Source: Perna viridis
Taxonomy: Eukaryota
NCBI GenBank assembly: GCA_037379345.1
Contig: CM074514.1
Coordinates: 39,308,001-39,372,000, forward strand
DNA: 64,000 nucleotides
Direction: 5' to 3'
Positions 30,179 to 41,484 of the stretch are shown one piece after another. A program made the translations under genes and the position numbers. How positions within the stretch are numbered: the first letter of the stretch is position 1; each line of letters begins with the position of its first letter. The notes below the pieces were generated by a model. The model worked only from the letters and a program-made list of their open reading frames with translations, was not told where the DNA came from and ran no database searches.

Positions 30179-30387
30179 GGAGGTAGACCTAAGGTAATGG
30201 ACACAACTCTTAATCATTGGAATGTTTGCATTCAGCATTTTACATCAATTTCATATAAGCATCAAAGTAACTTGGACTGATGTCTTTCTGTTTCAAATAA
30301 AAACTTAAAAGGCTTTGGTGAAATTGCATATGATACAAACATATCACTGATTTCAAGAGTTATGTCCCTTACCCTAGGTCTACCTCC
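30179..30387. mobile_element. MITE family A copy (in ZMIZ 3' UTR)
   Basis: Same TIRs and interior as 15117-15328. Confidence 0.88.
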
Positions 30388-31583
30388 TTAAGTTCAAGTT
30401 GTCCATATAGTATACATGTACATGTAACTTATATCCTGATTTGGCTACTGGAAATATTTGCTGTAAATCTTAGTCTTAAGAATTGTTAGCATTCTATTGA
30501 AAATTTTTTGTAGCATTGATAGTCTAAAACATGAAACCCCTGTATTTTTTTTTCTTTTAAACACAGTCTTTGAAATTTTTAAAAAAGTGCATTTGGCTAA
30601 TGAATATTTATTAAATTTCTTAAAATAAAATATTTGAGGGATAGGTAAAATTTTATTTGGTATATTTATTTACTAATAATGAATATGGTACAATAAATTT
30701 AGTGAGATAATTTTTCACAAATTTTGCAATTTTGGGATAGGAAATACAAAGAATGTAAATTTAAAGACTGTCCTGGCTAAAGTTCTGTATTAATTCAATG
30801 TGCAAATTTTTTAAATGTAATTTTTAAATTACTGAACTGCTAGAAAATTGCAACTATATATTTGAATACTAAATTTTTGTGCAATTAGATAATATCCATT
30901 TTAACTGGCAATTGATGAAATAACCACCATGACAACAGTTTTATTGAAAATATTGTTATAGTTTTAATCCAGTTCATGAACACTTGTTATTTGCTTTTTA
31001 AATTTAAAGTACAAAGTTATTTTTTATGAAATTTTCAAAGCTCATTTCATTTTCATCATACCAGAGTTTCTTTTTTTGAGATCTTGTGAAAACTATTATT
31101 TTTGGTCTCAAGGAAGACGCACAGATACTTTAAATAAATAACAAACACGTTTACATTTTGTTGTTTACTGTGGTTTTATGTCAGAATGAACGAGTTTGAC
31201 ACTACAAACTATTTTGTTTTTTCATGTTGTCTTGTTAAAAGCATTAGGTTTTTTTTTGTTTTTTTTTGCCAGTGTTAATATATATATATGTAACCAGAAT
31301 CTTATGTAACTATGTATAAAAAATGTAAATTATTATTTAAGATGCTAAGTCATCACGTGTACAGATATTTTGAAAATAATGAAATTGATTGTAACCATGG
31401 CGATGTTTTTTTTTTGTGCCGAAGCCAATTCATATATGGTAGGTTAGTTTTTAAAACAAATCTGTATATATATTGAATTTTTTTATAAGGTAGGAACATG
31501 ATTTGTAGTCATACATCAATATATATATATATATATATAAAATATTTTTTTGTGAAGTTTTATTTATGCTTAAATTTTTTTTG

Positions 31584-31618
<35 letters not shown>

Positions 31619-33491
31619 GTCTTAAATTTCTGCCATTTATTGGCCAGTGTAGGAACTATGCTTATGTAGTAGTCAGGGTTTTTTTATCATGCCAAAATTT
31701 TCAACATGAAACTTTTACAAGATGTAAATTTTATAGGATAACAAATGCATGCATCTTTAGAATCAGCACTTAATTTCTAATTGGGTAATTAAGGAATGCA
31801 TTCAAATGAAACTGTTTTCTATTTTTTCTGATTAACTATTAAGGATTTTTTAAAATTTCAGGATCATCTTTTTTCTTTTTTTTTTTTCAATATAAATTTG
31901 CTTTAATACAATGATTTAAAAAAATTTAACAATGTTAGAAAATTTTGGCATTAACTAAGCCTTTATTCTGCTGAAAACAGAAAGATTATTGCAGTCAGAA
32001 ACCATACTTGATTTTTTCTTTTGTTTTTTCAAGACCCCAATTTCTCAAGGATATTTACTATAGAAAAAACAACTTCCCCTCTTTTCTATGCAATGGTTCC
32101 GTTTTACAGATTCCCAAGTTTTGTTGAGCAACAGAAACTATGCATTCTCTCAGGTAGATTACCTCCCTTAGCATAAAAAATGGTGATGCAATTGGCATTC
32201 AAGAAACTTAATCTTCCTCAAGTGTGGTTCTCTTTCTGCAAATATCTGCAATATTGGGACAAAGAGTAACTTTTCTTCCTGCCATGATCCTGGGTTGTGT
32301 TGTCAAGATTTTTTGACAGAAATTCTATATTTGAAAATCATATATTTTACCAAAAATAGGTCACTAAAAATCAAGGCAGCCAGAAAAGGATTCACTTGGC
32401 AAACATTCTCTTAGCATTCAGATGAAGTAGATTGCAATAGAATCACTGTGGTTAGCTCCCTTTAATAGTCTCTTTGGCTTCCTGTCACATGCTTTTGCAA
32501 TAGTTTGATGCCATGCAATACAGTTAAAGTCATAATAATTTGGCAATATTGAAATGTTTACCAAAGAAGGTTTTTTTATTTTGTGGACAAGAAATGTCCT
32601 AAGTTAACGTTAAAGTGCTTAAGATTAAAATAAAACCATAAAAATAATTTGTTACCAGAATTATTTTTTTTATGTATTGAATGTTACTAAACAAAAATTA
32701 ATTTACATTTTTATTTGTTTTATGTTAATGACTTAAAGAAACTTAAGTCAAAAAGGGACCACTTAAAATTAATGAATTAGTTTATATTTTCTTTAGTCAT
32801 GCCAAAGATGAAATCTTTCACTTGTTCTGTATAGGCAACTTTATTCACAGTCATTTGGGTGCACTCAATAATTAGTAGAGGATTTAAAAAAAACATGACA
32901 AAACTTGAAGACATGACATTTCATAAAGTTGTACAGTGCAACTTGAGTGGATATTGCTGTTTCCACCTCTACATGGTGGACAAGAAAACTTATTTTTTGT
33001 GCCTTTTTGATATTGAATATGGTTACATAGCAATTTGAATGGAGTAAAATTCACTGGCGGTTAATTAGTTTACAGCCACTCTCAAAAACCATAAAAACTT
33101 TAGGCTCATCTGAAGACTTTTTCCACTGTGGACAGTGTCCAAGTCATCATCCACTTAATGTGTACTGTACTGTAGAGGAACCTCTGTAGAATATGTGTAC
33201 ATTGTATGATAACTCAACATGTTTTCTTTAAGTAAAGGAGAATATTAAGAACTGAATAAAAAAAACGGAAATAATCATTAGCTATACATAACAAGTGTAC
33301 TGTTTCCATCAGCCTTTATACATATACTTATCTTAGTACTAAACTTGTTTTAACATTTAGTTGGAATGCATTCAATATTAAAAGAAAATGGCTTGAAAAT
33401 ATTTTTTTTCCGTAAGAATGTGCAATCACATGTTTCATGTTTTCTCCAGGTTATGTATTTTTAGTCCCTTACATGTGATCATTATTTATCT

Positions 33492-33546
33492 AATAAAAAA
33501 GGAATAATTACAAATCACTATTGTAGTTTCATCTTGTTTTTCTTTG
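33492..33546 (+). terminator. Candidate distal poly(A) signal of ZMIZ
   Basis: AATAAA at 33492-33497 followed by a GT/T-rich element at 33521-33546; another AATAAA at 33255. Confidence 0.5.
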
Positions 33547-34876
33547 CCTCTGAAGAAGTAGTCAATCAGGTCAGGTTTTATAATCCAGTCATTTGACAGC
33601 ATGATATGGTATACTGCTATACATACATTCACCAGTGTGAGATACAGGGAGGGAGGTTCCATAAAAAAAGGGGGTACTTTGGGTCCAATAAATGGTTAAA
33701 ATATTCCAACAAAAAGTGGGCCCAGAAAACTGGCAAAAATACAATTTTTAATCGAATTAATAAATCAGAAATAATGGTTCTGGAGACATATAGGACAAGT
33801 TAATCAATTTAATTAAAAATTGTATTTTTGTCAGTTTCTGGACACATTCATTGAAAATATCACAAAGGAATGCAAATATCATCATTCAGTAAAAAAGTCA
33901 ACTCTGGTATTAGTAATGTCCTAAGACAAAACGAAACCAAAGCAAAGTTGAAATTGAGGGCAGGACAAAATCTAGGCAAGACGAAGACAAGTCACTCGAA
34001 TGAGGCCAGGCAGTGTTTAAGGAAGACATGTCTTTTTAAATATATCAAATCATTAGCTCATGTGATAAGCAAGGTACTGGATTGCATTCTGAACCAAGTG
34101 ATTGCTAGTATATGCAAAGGGTTGTTTTATCAGCTTTACAAAAATAAACTTACCATAAGCAAATAAGATTTACTCGATTAAACATCTTTAATCACCTCTA
34201 CACGATGTGTACTCTTTACCATACAACAAACTACAAAGTGTGCGTCTAGATATAAAAGAATATAATATGAAAAAGTAAAAAAAAAAACGGACAATGACAT
34301 GCAACAGTACAATAGCAAACAAAATCTGAATTGCAAATGTCAATACATAACAAACTGCATCGGAGTATCGTTCTGTTGAGCATTTGGAGAGTGTAAACTT
34401 GCAGTTCTCATATTTTTCTAAGTTGAAACTCCTTTCATATAGATTAATCTCTCGAAATGCATTGTCTACGGACACTAAAAATGAACTACCATGAACAGTG
34501 GAAATGAACTACCGTGGACAGAATTTTCGCGAATACGATGATTCTTCCTCTTTGACACGTAAGCGGGATACTGATTTTTTCATGAAATATTGGGAGGTTC
34601 CCCGTTGAAAGCGGGATACTTAACACATATTGATGTCACTGGGGTGTTACATTGTTACAGGTTTTAAGTATTTCTGGCCACTTAACGAGATGGCCAACTC
34701 CAAAAAGCTCGCCTGCATCTTACAACTAAGATCAACAATGGGATACGGAGCTATCGTGTAACACTCATTTACCATCAGGGACATAAACAAATTAGAGCGA
34801 AGGTTTCAAGTGTCACATGTTTTACCCCGCAACATAGTTTATGTGCCATGTCCCGAAAATGTTTGAATCATTTGAC

Positions 34877-35077
34877 AAAGAGTAATCAAGGGAACCAAAG
34901 TTATAGCGGTAATCAAAAGAATGTTATCCAGGGACAAAGACCAGACACGGAAAACAGTCATACACAACAAAGAATATAAAGTAACTAAAATCATACATAC
35001 AAAGTAATAAAAGCAAATGAGCAACTCGGACTCCACTAAAACTGGGAGCATGGACCAGGTGCACCGGTAGGGTAAGC
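34877..35077 (-). mobile_element. Solo 3' tail fragment of the Penelope-like family
   Basis: Reverse complement homologous to 39547-39753; same 3' endpoint. Confidence 0.87.
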
Positions 35078-35266
35078 ATATGAAAAACATGTGTTGTAAT
35101 TTTTTCTGTGTAGTCTTGTTGCATGCTTTATTTTGAATACTTTAAAATATTCTAACCACACTCTATTTCTCGTTGTTTTGAAGTTCAGCACAGCACTTGC
35201 TCCCACTGTCGAATATGCAACAAGACTACACAGGAAAAATTACAACATATGTTTTCCATATGCTTA
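35073..35266. repeat. ~52-bp inverted repeat (hairpin) followed by CATATG-rich degenerate repeats
   Basis: taagcatatgaaaaacatgtgttgtaattttttctgtgtagtcttgttgcat / atgcaacaagactacacaggaaaaattacaacatatgttttccatatgctta. Confidence 0.8.
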
Positions 35267-36189
35267 AAGATTTCAACACCTGAAAACATATGTTTCTATT
35301 ATGATTTTATGTGTTTAGTACCATCATGACAAACATATGATTATAGGACAAACCAATTACTTCGTTAAAAGTAAATAAAATAGGACTTAACATATGAAAA
35401 TAGTATGGTTTTCATATCATTTTGGAATACATTTGTTTCCATGTGTTTTTGTATGCACACAAACATATAATTATATTTTATATTTCCATATTGGCCCTAA
35501 GCACGTTTCCACATGCTGCAAATTTTCATTGGTAGCATATGAATATGTACTAGTCGGGTTTCATATTCAATAATGGGCACAAGTCCCTGTCTATTATAGT
35601 GTTCAAGACATTGGCTGAAAGCTGCTAAAAACATCCTTTTTCGCCGTTCAGTGACAATATCTCTAAAAGGGAGTCTTCCGACAACTTAGATCTCCGCAAA
35701 TTTTTGTAGTAAATTACAAATATGATTTTTAAAGTACACATTCACAGCTTTATTTTGAATACTTTTGATTAGAATACACACAAATAATGCACTTGCAATG
35801 CATAGATCTCGGTTCCGTTTGTTTTTGGTACTACATCGGGGGGGGGGGGAGCATTTGACCCGGAAGTGGTTAGTGAAACCTTAACAGCTTAGAACGAAAA
35901 ATAGATCAGATATAGATCTCATCATGCTGAACACTTATAACCCGTCAGAATTTAGCTATTCTTTAGGGTACACTATACAGTTACATTAATTTATAACAAT
36001 AATCACTAAATTATTTATAAATGTCTTGAACCTCCCCACACCAAGGATTTAAAAAATATGCACTTTTTTATGACAAAAAACTAGAAATTTTTGTGCGGAC
36101 TGCCTCAAAACAGGTTTATTTCAACAAAATGAGACCAAATTTTCAGAAATGACCTAACTGTATTGTACTACCTAAGAAGTTGGGAGATA

Positions 36190-36405
36190 TATGCAAAAAA
36201 CTTCTGTCTGACCCCTTTGTTCTATTTTTAACGGCGGCTATGTTTTCCGTCTGATCGAAAATTCCCATAGCAGTTTTGAACAGAATACCCTAAAGAAACA
36301 TTCATACATGGTTCTGATTAGTCTGGTAGTTTCAGAGGAGAAAAGTTTTGAAAAACATTGTTATCGACGACGACGGCGGACTCCAAGTGATGGCAAAAGC
36401 TCACC
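36190..36405 (+). mobile_element. Helentron/HINE-like non-autonomous element fragment
   Basis: gtagtttcagaggagaa ... gacgacgacggcgga..caagtgatggcaaaagctcac, a pattern I associate with bivalve Helentron-derived repeats. Confidence 0.55.
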
Positions 36406-36659
36406 CCAAAATTACTAACCAACGGTAGTCTAAAATTGTCAAGGCTAGCATGTGTAAGAAAGACCTTGTATTGCTAAGTTCGATCGCTTCAGACTTAATA
36501 TTAGTTCCACTACCCCTCTCAGTGACTTTGGGATGTAGCTCAAAGCGTGCCTGACCCAACGTCTTCGGTTCAAAGGACAACGTCACGATCGTGCCAAGGG
36601 ATACAGCTTTCAGTTTCCATCGAAGTGAAAGCGAAATTTCTAGCTCCGGCTTGAAAATT

Positions 36660-36721
36660 ATGTATATGTTTTGTACACCTTTATTAAACGAACAAAAGCG
36701 CGCAAAGGAAGAAAATAAAAG
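36660..36721 (+). pseudogene. Orphan gene candidate exon A (MYMFCTPLLNEQKRAKEENK)
   Basis: Donor AG|GTATGT at 36722, phase 2; 5' boundary uncertain. Confidence 0.45.
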
Positions 36722-37067
36722 GTATGTCTCTTGTATCAAAATGTTTTTGCCGCTTAGTTATACATTAAATAAAAAATTCGCCCATTTTCCTAAAATTCTT
36801 TTGACATTCTCAGTGAGTCCTAGTTTAGAATTGCCAATAACAATGATAACAGACAAAAAATACATGTACGTCATTGTTTGGGATGAAAATACTATGTATA
36901 TCAAATATCTGTATAATATATCTTTCCTCTCTCGCAAATAAATTTCAAAAGATGTTTTAGCTACTCTTAATGTTATTGATATCAGGTTACAGAAATGTCG
37001 AACATAACACTCCATGGAATATACTACATGTACATGTACATAATTTTACTTTATACTTCTGAATCAG

Positions 37068-37135
37068 TGTATTGCTTACGAGCGAACAGCAAGTCTTAGA
37101 TTGTTTAGTGTTGAACAGGGAGCATCCGAGTGGTG
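37068..37135 (+). pseudogene. Orphan gene candidate exon B (VLLTSEQQVLDCLVLNREHPSG)
   Basis: Pyrimidine tract plus atcag acceptor, donor G|GTGAGT, phase 2/1, compatible with both neighbours. Confidence 0.5.
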
Positions 37136-37175
37136 GTGAGTATTAACCCCGTTTTATTGATACACTGCCTTGTCT

Positions 37176-37300
37176 CAGGCGGATCCAATTATACTCGAAA
37201 AGTTTGGTTGATTATACCGAAAAAGACTTGAAATCATTGGAGTGTTCCTCCTTTTGACCAATAGATGGTCCCGCTTTTCGGAATATCTGGATCCGCCACT
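37176..37300. mobile_element. Short MITE with GGCGGATCC/GGATCCGCC TIRs
   Basis: caggcggatcca ... tggatccgccactg. Confidence 0.6.
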
Positions 37301-37608
37301 GCCTGCCGAAATAAGTCTCGAACGCAAATTCGATATCAAATAACTACTGTAGTATAAGATATGTTTACAGTCCTCTAAGACGGCTTTCGTTATTGGAATT
37401 ATCGCCTCCTTATAGAATTGGATTGCGTTAATAGAATCATGGAATCAGTCGGAGACCAATGATTATTTTTATTCTTTCATTTCGCCTTGTTAGTGCATGT
37501 CGGTTCAAGTCGTTATTTACGTGCATTTATATTAACTGTTGGCTCTGTCACAGCTTAGTTATTGAATGAGAACTTATTAAATTCCTGTCGTATTGAAATG
37601 ACCTTCAG

Positions 37609-37770
37609 CTCCTGAAACCCACTATAATGAGGCCAACTTTTTAAACCCAATCACTATGACCCTAAATTTATATAATTCTGCAAATCAATCCAAAGTATTG
37701 GCCGATAATTTACGAAACACCCAAAGTGTGAAGGATAAGGAACAAAAATGCCCATACATGACCCGGCCCC
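37609..37770 (+). pseudogene. Orphan gene possible symmetric exon (APETHYNEANFLNPITM...CPYMTRP)
   Basis: Acceptor ccttcag, 54 open codons, phase 1/1, weak donor GTATCA. Confidence 0.35.
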
Positions 37771-38234
37771 GTATCAATTAATATGGATATTGTGAATTTT
37801 TTTTTGGTTTTTGCCTGTTGGCTTCTACATGTATATATGACTTTGAACGTGATGGAATTGTGGAAATTCATTCCCATATTTAAAAAATCTCCGGGCTCAA
37901 CTTATGTGTGACTATGCAGCCATTAACTTCAGATTTGTTTTTATTTCCCTTAATTAAAGGGCCAAATTTGCCCCCTTTGTGCACAATGCTTCAATCCTTA
38001 AGTACGACTTAACATTCATGCTAGTTACCAGGTTGTCCGAAGGGTGATTTTACTACTTCCGCCCACGCTTAACGTAACAATCGCTAAAACGTTGACATTC
38101 ACACTTTCCACGTCGTAATGTCTATGACCTACCTGTGGGCGGAAGTAGAATCAAAGTAGAATCAAAGGATAATTTACCGCCACCCACGCATACGTCATAA
38201 TTACTACAACATTAATTTTTGACGTTTTTGGACA

Positions 38235-39753
38235 AACAGGTAGAAACAAAATAAGACCTATACTGCTACCACACTCTCCAAAGAAGAGATAGTGGAAAAC
38301 CATAAATCTGTACTGTCCTCCTTCGGTCTCTCTACGATAAGTGTGATCTACCGTCCATGTACTGGATTCCTAAACTCCACAAAAATCGACACAAACAACG
38401 TCACATACCTGGATCTGCAAAATGTACCACTAAACCGCTTCCAAAACTTTTAACTTCTATACTCACAGCTGAGAAGGTGGTATTCAGTCCAACCACGACA
38501 CTTGTTACTCCCGTAGTGGTATTAGTTCAGTGTGGATCCTGAACAATTCGAAAGATCTTCTGGAAACCCTCAATTCAAGATTATTATTAGAATGCAATAA
38601 CATTGAAACCTACGATTTTTCAACTCCTTATATTTTTATTCTACATACTCAGTTAAAATCCCGAATCAAAAACATCATACATCGTTGTTACTCCAAAAAA
38701 GACGGTACACTTAGAGGTAGTGCTTGGTAGAGATTCTTCATACTTTGTAAAAACGATTTTAAATCATCTTCCAAATATACCGAAGAAGATATGTTTCGAA
38801 ATGCTAGAATCTTTTATCGACAACATATTTGTTCAGTGTGGTGGGCGCGCTTTTTCAACAAACGGTCGGCATTCCAATGGAAAAAAATGTGCTCCTCTAC
38901 TCGCTGAAATTCCTTTGCTCAAGTGATGCTGGTTTTATAGCTGATCTAATCCAAAGGAAGAAACATCGTTTAGCTAGACCCTTTGATCTCAGTTTCCGCT
39001 ATATAGATGACGTATTTTCGTTAAACAATCCTAGTTTCGATGATTTTATACTTTGCATCTACCCCAAAGAGATTGAGATAAAAGGTACTGCAGACACTAT
39101 GAAGTCAGCTTCATATTTTGACGTACACATAGAAATCGATGGTAAAGGAAAACTATTGACCAAACTATATGACAAACGCATGACTTTTCATTCCGTATTG
39201 TCAACTTCCATTTCATCTGCCTGTGGCAACATCCCATCAGCACCTGTGGATGAAGTTTTGATATCACAACTCATACGTTGTGCCAGAGCTTGCCGTAACT
39301 ATGCAGACTTTTATACCGCGCCAGACTTCTTACTTCTGGTACAGTGTGAAATTGCTACAAGATTGAAGTCTTCACTATAGAATTTAATTGTCGTCATCAT
39401 GAACTCGTGGATCGTTACGATGTATCCATCTGCACCGTGAGAACCGATTTGTTCAATGTGTCATACATGTAGCTTTCCTTTCTTTTTCCGTCTAACCTGG
39501 ACTTTTTATGAGCAGCTCTGTGGGTGTTTCTAGAAAAGCAGAGGACGCTTACCCTACCAGTGCACCTGATCCATGCTCCCAGTTAATTTTTAGTAGAGTC
39601 CGAGTTGCTCATATACTTTTGTTGCTTTGTACGTATTATGTTGATTATTTTATGTTCTTTGTTGTGTGTGTCAGTTTTCAATGTCTGGTCTTTGTCTGTG
39701 GATTACATATTGTTTTGATTTCATTTAGAATCGTGGTTCCCTTTACTACTCTT
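38235..39753 (+). mobile_element. 5'-truncated, frameshifted Penelope-like retroelement (RT, thumb and 3' tail), probably Naiad type
   Basis: YWIPKLHK, TYDFSTPY (motif A), QQTVGIPM (motif B), RYIDDV (motif C), TKLYDKR and SQLIRCARAC spread over several frames; no GIY-YIG domain after the thumb. Confidence 0.88.
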
Positions 39754-39849
39754 TCACGTAGTACGCGTGGGCGGAAATTGTAGCATGGGTGAAATAGGGT
39801 TTGTATTTATATCTATACTGTATAGCGTTGTAAATTTTATATAGTGCAT

Positions 39850-40111
39850 GTACAGATGAGATCAGTTCTAACCCTCTCACAAAACTGCCCTAGAACTGTC
39901 AGAAAAATAGTTCTATGATAGATTTAGAACAGTCCTAAAGCTCTTCGGACAACACTAGCAGTAGATCCGGCTCTACTAGTAGAACTGTTCTCGTAGGGCT
40001 GGCTTTGCTAGAACTGTCAGAAGAGCTGGCGTTAGAACTGTTCTATGACACTTTTAGAACCAAACTCTTCTGACAGTTCCTCTGAGAGGTTAGAACTGTT
40101 CTTATCTGTAC
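39850..40111. mobile_element. Palindromic MITE with ~29-bp TIRs and internal AGAACTGT repeats
   Basis: GTACAGATGAGATCAGTTCTAACCCTCTCA ... TGAGAGGTTAGAACTGTTCTTATCTGTAC. Confidence 0.8.
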
Positions 40112-40222
40112 GTATTGGTCCTGGCCTGCAACATGTTATTTTTAATAGTTAGGTTGGTTGTTTCATGAAATCCAGAGATCTATAATTCCATACAAGGGTG
40201 GGAGGAATCCATAGGTTAGTGC

Positions 40223-40333
40223 AAGAGTAATCAAGGGAACCAAAGTTATAGCGGTAATCAAAAGAATTTAATCCAGGGACAAAGACCAGACATGGAAAAC
40301 AGACATACACAACAAAGAACTTAAAGTAACTAA
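40223..40333 (-). mobile_element. Solo 3' tail fragment of the Penelope-like family, abutting a TTAA MITE
   Basis: aagagtaatcaagggaaccaaagttatagcggtaatc..., near-identical to 34878-34988. Confidence 0.87.
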
Positions 40334-40538
40334 GGAGGTAGACCTAGGTTAAGGGACTTAAATCTTGAAATCAGTGATATGTTTGTATCATAATCAATTT
40401 CACCAAAACTTTCAATCTTTCATTTGAAGCAGAATAAAATCAAACCAAGTTACATAGATGCTTACAAGTGATTGATGTAAAAAGCTGAATACAAACGTTC
40501 CAGTGATTTTAAAGAGTTATGTCCCCTAACCTACCGCC
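40334..40538. mobile_element. MITE family A copy, opposite orientation
   Basis: GGAGGTAGACCTAGG...CTACCGCC|TTAA; right TIR partly deleted. Confidence 0.85.
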
Positions 40539-40619
40539 TTAAGTTCCTGTTGAAGAAAATCAAGGTTAAGGTTACTTTTGATTCAGCCTTAGGAAAATTA
40601 TTTTGCCCATTCCTCTTAA

Positions 40620-40989
40620 GAACCATCATGTGTAAGAATCAGGCAATAGGTAGCACTTAATTTTTTCTCAATTTGGTCTTTTTTGTTTCAAATATATTTA
40701 ATATATCTAACGAAAAGCTTTTTTAAATTTATCAATAAGCATCTGGGACATAATTATTATTTGATTGCTTATAAAGGGAAAAAGTGGGGAAAACTTTTTC
40801 CGCCATTTTCCACAGTGCATTTGAAATAAATTTGACCTATCATTATCTTAAAAAAGGCAAATTATTTGATGGTAATTTTGAAAGGTCATTGGGTATAAAT
40901 ACCTGGATAAAGCAATAAAATCTCTGCGTTTTTGTCCTGTTGTGCCACAGCTTATACACATTTTGCCTGATTCTCACACAGAGAAGTAC
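40620..40989. mobile_element. MITE family C copy, inverted, just upstream of orphan exon C
   Basis: Reverse complement of the 1120 copy; TTAA flanks. Confidence 0.85.
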
Positions 40990-41021
40990 TTAAATCTGTA
41001 AAACATTGTGTCTATTAATAG

Positions 41022-41223
41022 AGCGAATTGAGTTTTCCATCAATACCCCAGACACCTGGAAACATGATCTAATCCAGCCCACAGTGGGCAATGCCTTCAG
41101 AATCCTGCGCGACATTCCAATATGCGAGGAAAATAAAGAAAGAATTTCCGAAAAACAGCTACACGAGATATTTGAGGCCAGGTTAAAGGATTTGAGGTTC
41201 CAAGACTACCTTCTACGTATCGA
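41022..41223 (+). pseudogene. Orphan gene exon C (...TWKHDLIQPTVGNAFRILRDIP...DYLLRIE)
   Basis: Open frame; phase-1 acceptors possible at 41022 or 41052; donor GA|GTAAGT at 41224, phase 2, matches the acceptor at 41485. Confidence 0.6.
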
Positions 41224-41423
41224 GTAAGTCTAAAAATAGTGCACAAATTATTGAAGACATCACTTTTACAAAACTTGTTCGACGCGCTTAGGTACTCGAG
41301 AACAATGTCTTTGATATATTTTCATGTGTTCATACATATTGTCCATATCAAAAAGGTCCACTGATCGCAATTTATTTTAATTACAATTTTAAAGACCATC
41401 CTATACTGCTCAGTTAAATTGTT

Positions 41424-41446
41424 ACACACACACACACACACACACA
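41424..41446. repeat. (AC)n microsatellite in orphan-gene intron
   Basis: acacacacacacacacacacaca. Confidence 0.9.
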
Positions 41447-41484
41447 TATATGAACTCTATACGTGTCTTTTATTATTCCTTTAG

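Larger units (their letters stand above)
28726..33520 (+). other. Probable long 3' UTR of ZMIZ
   Basis: T-rich and CpG-poor, enriched in miR-92 seed matches up to 33426; composition changes after about 33.6 kb. Confidence 0.55.

Noticed and set aside
36450-36659. Upstream extension of orphan exon A from ATG 36450
   Set aside because: Same frame but interrupted by TGA near 36552; cannot distinguish 5' UTR from decayed coding sequence
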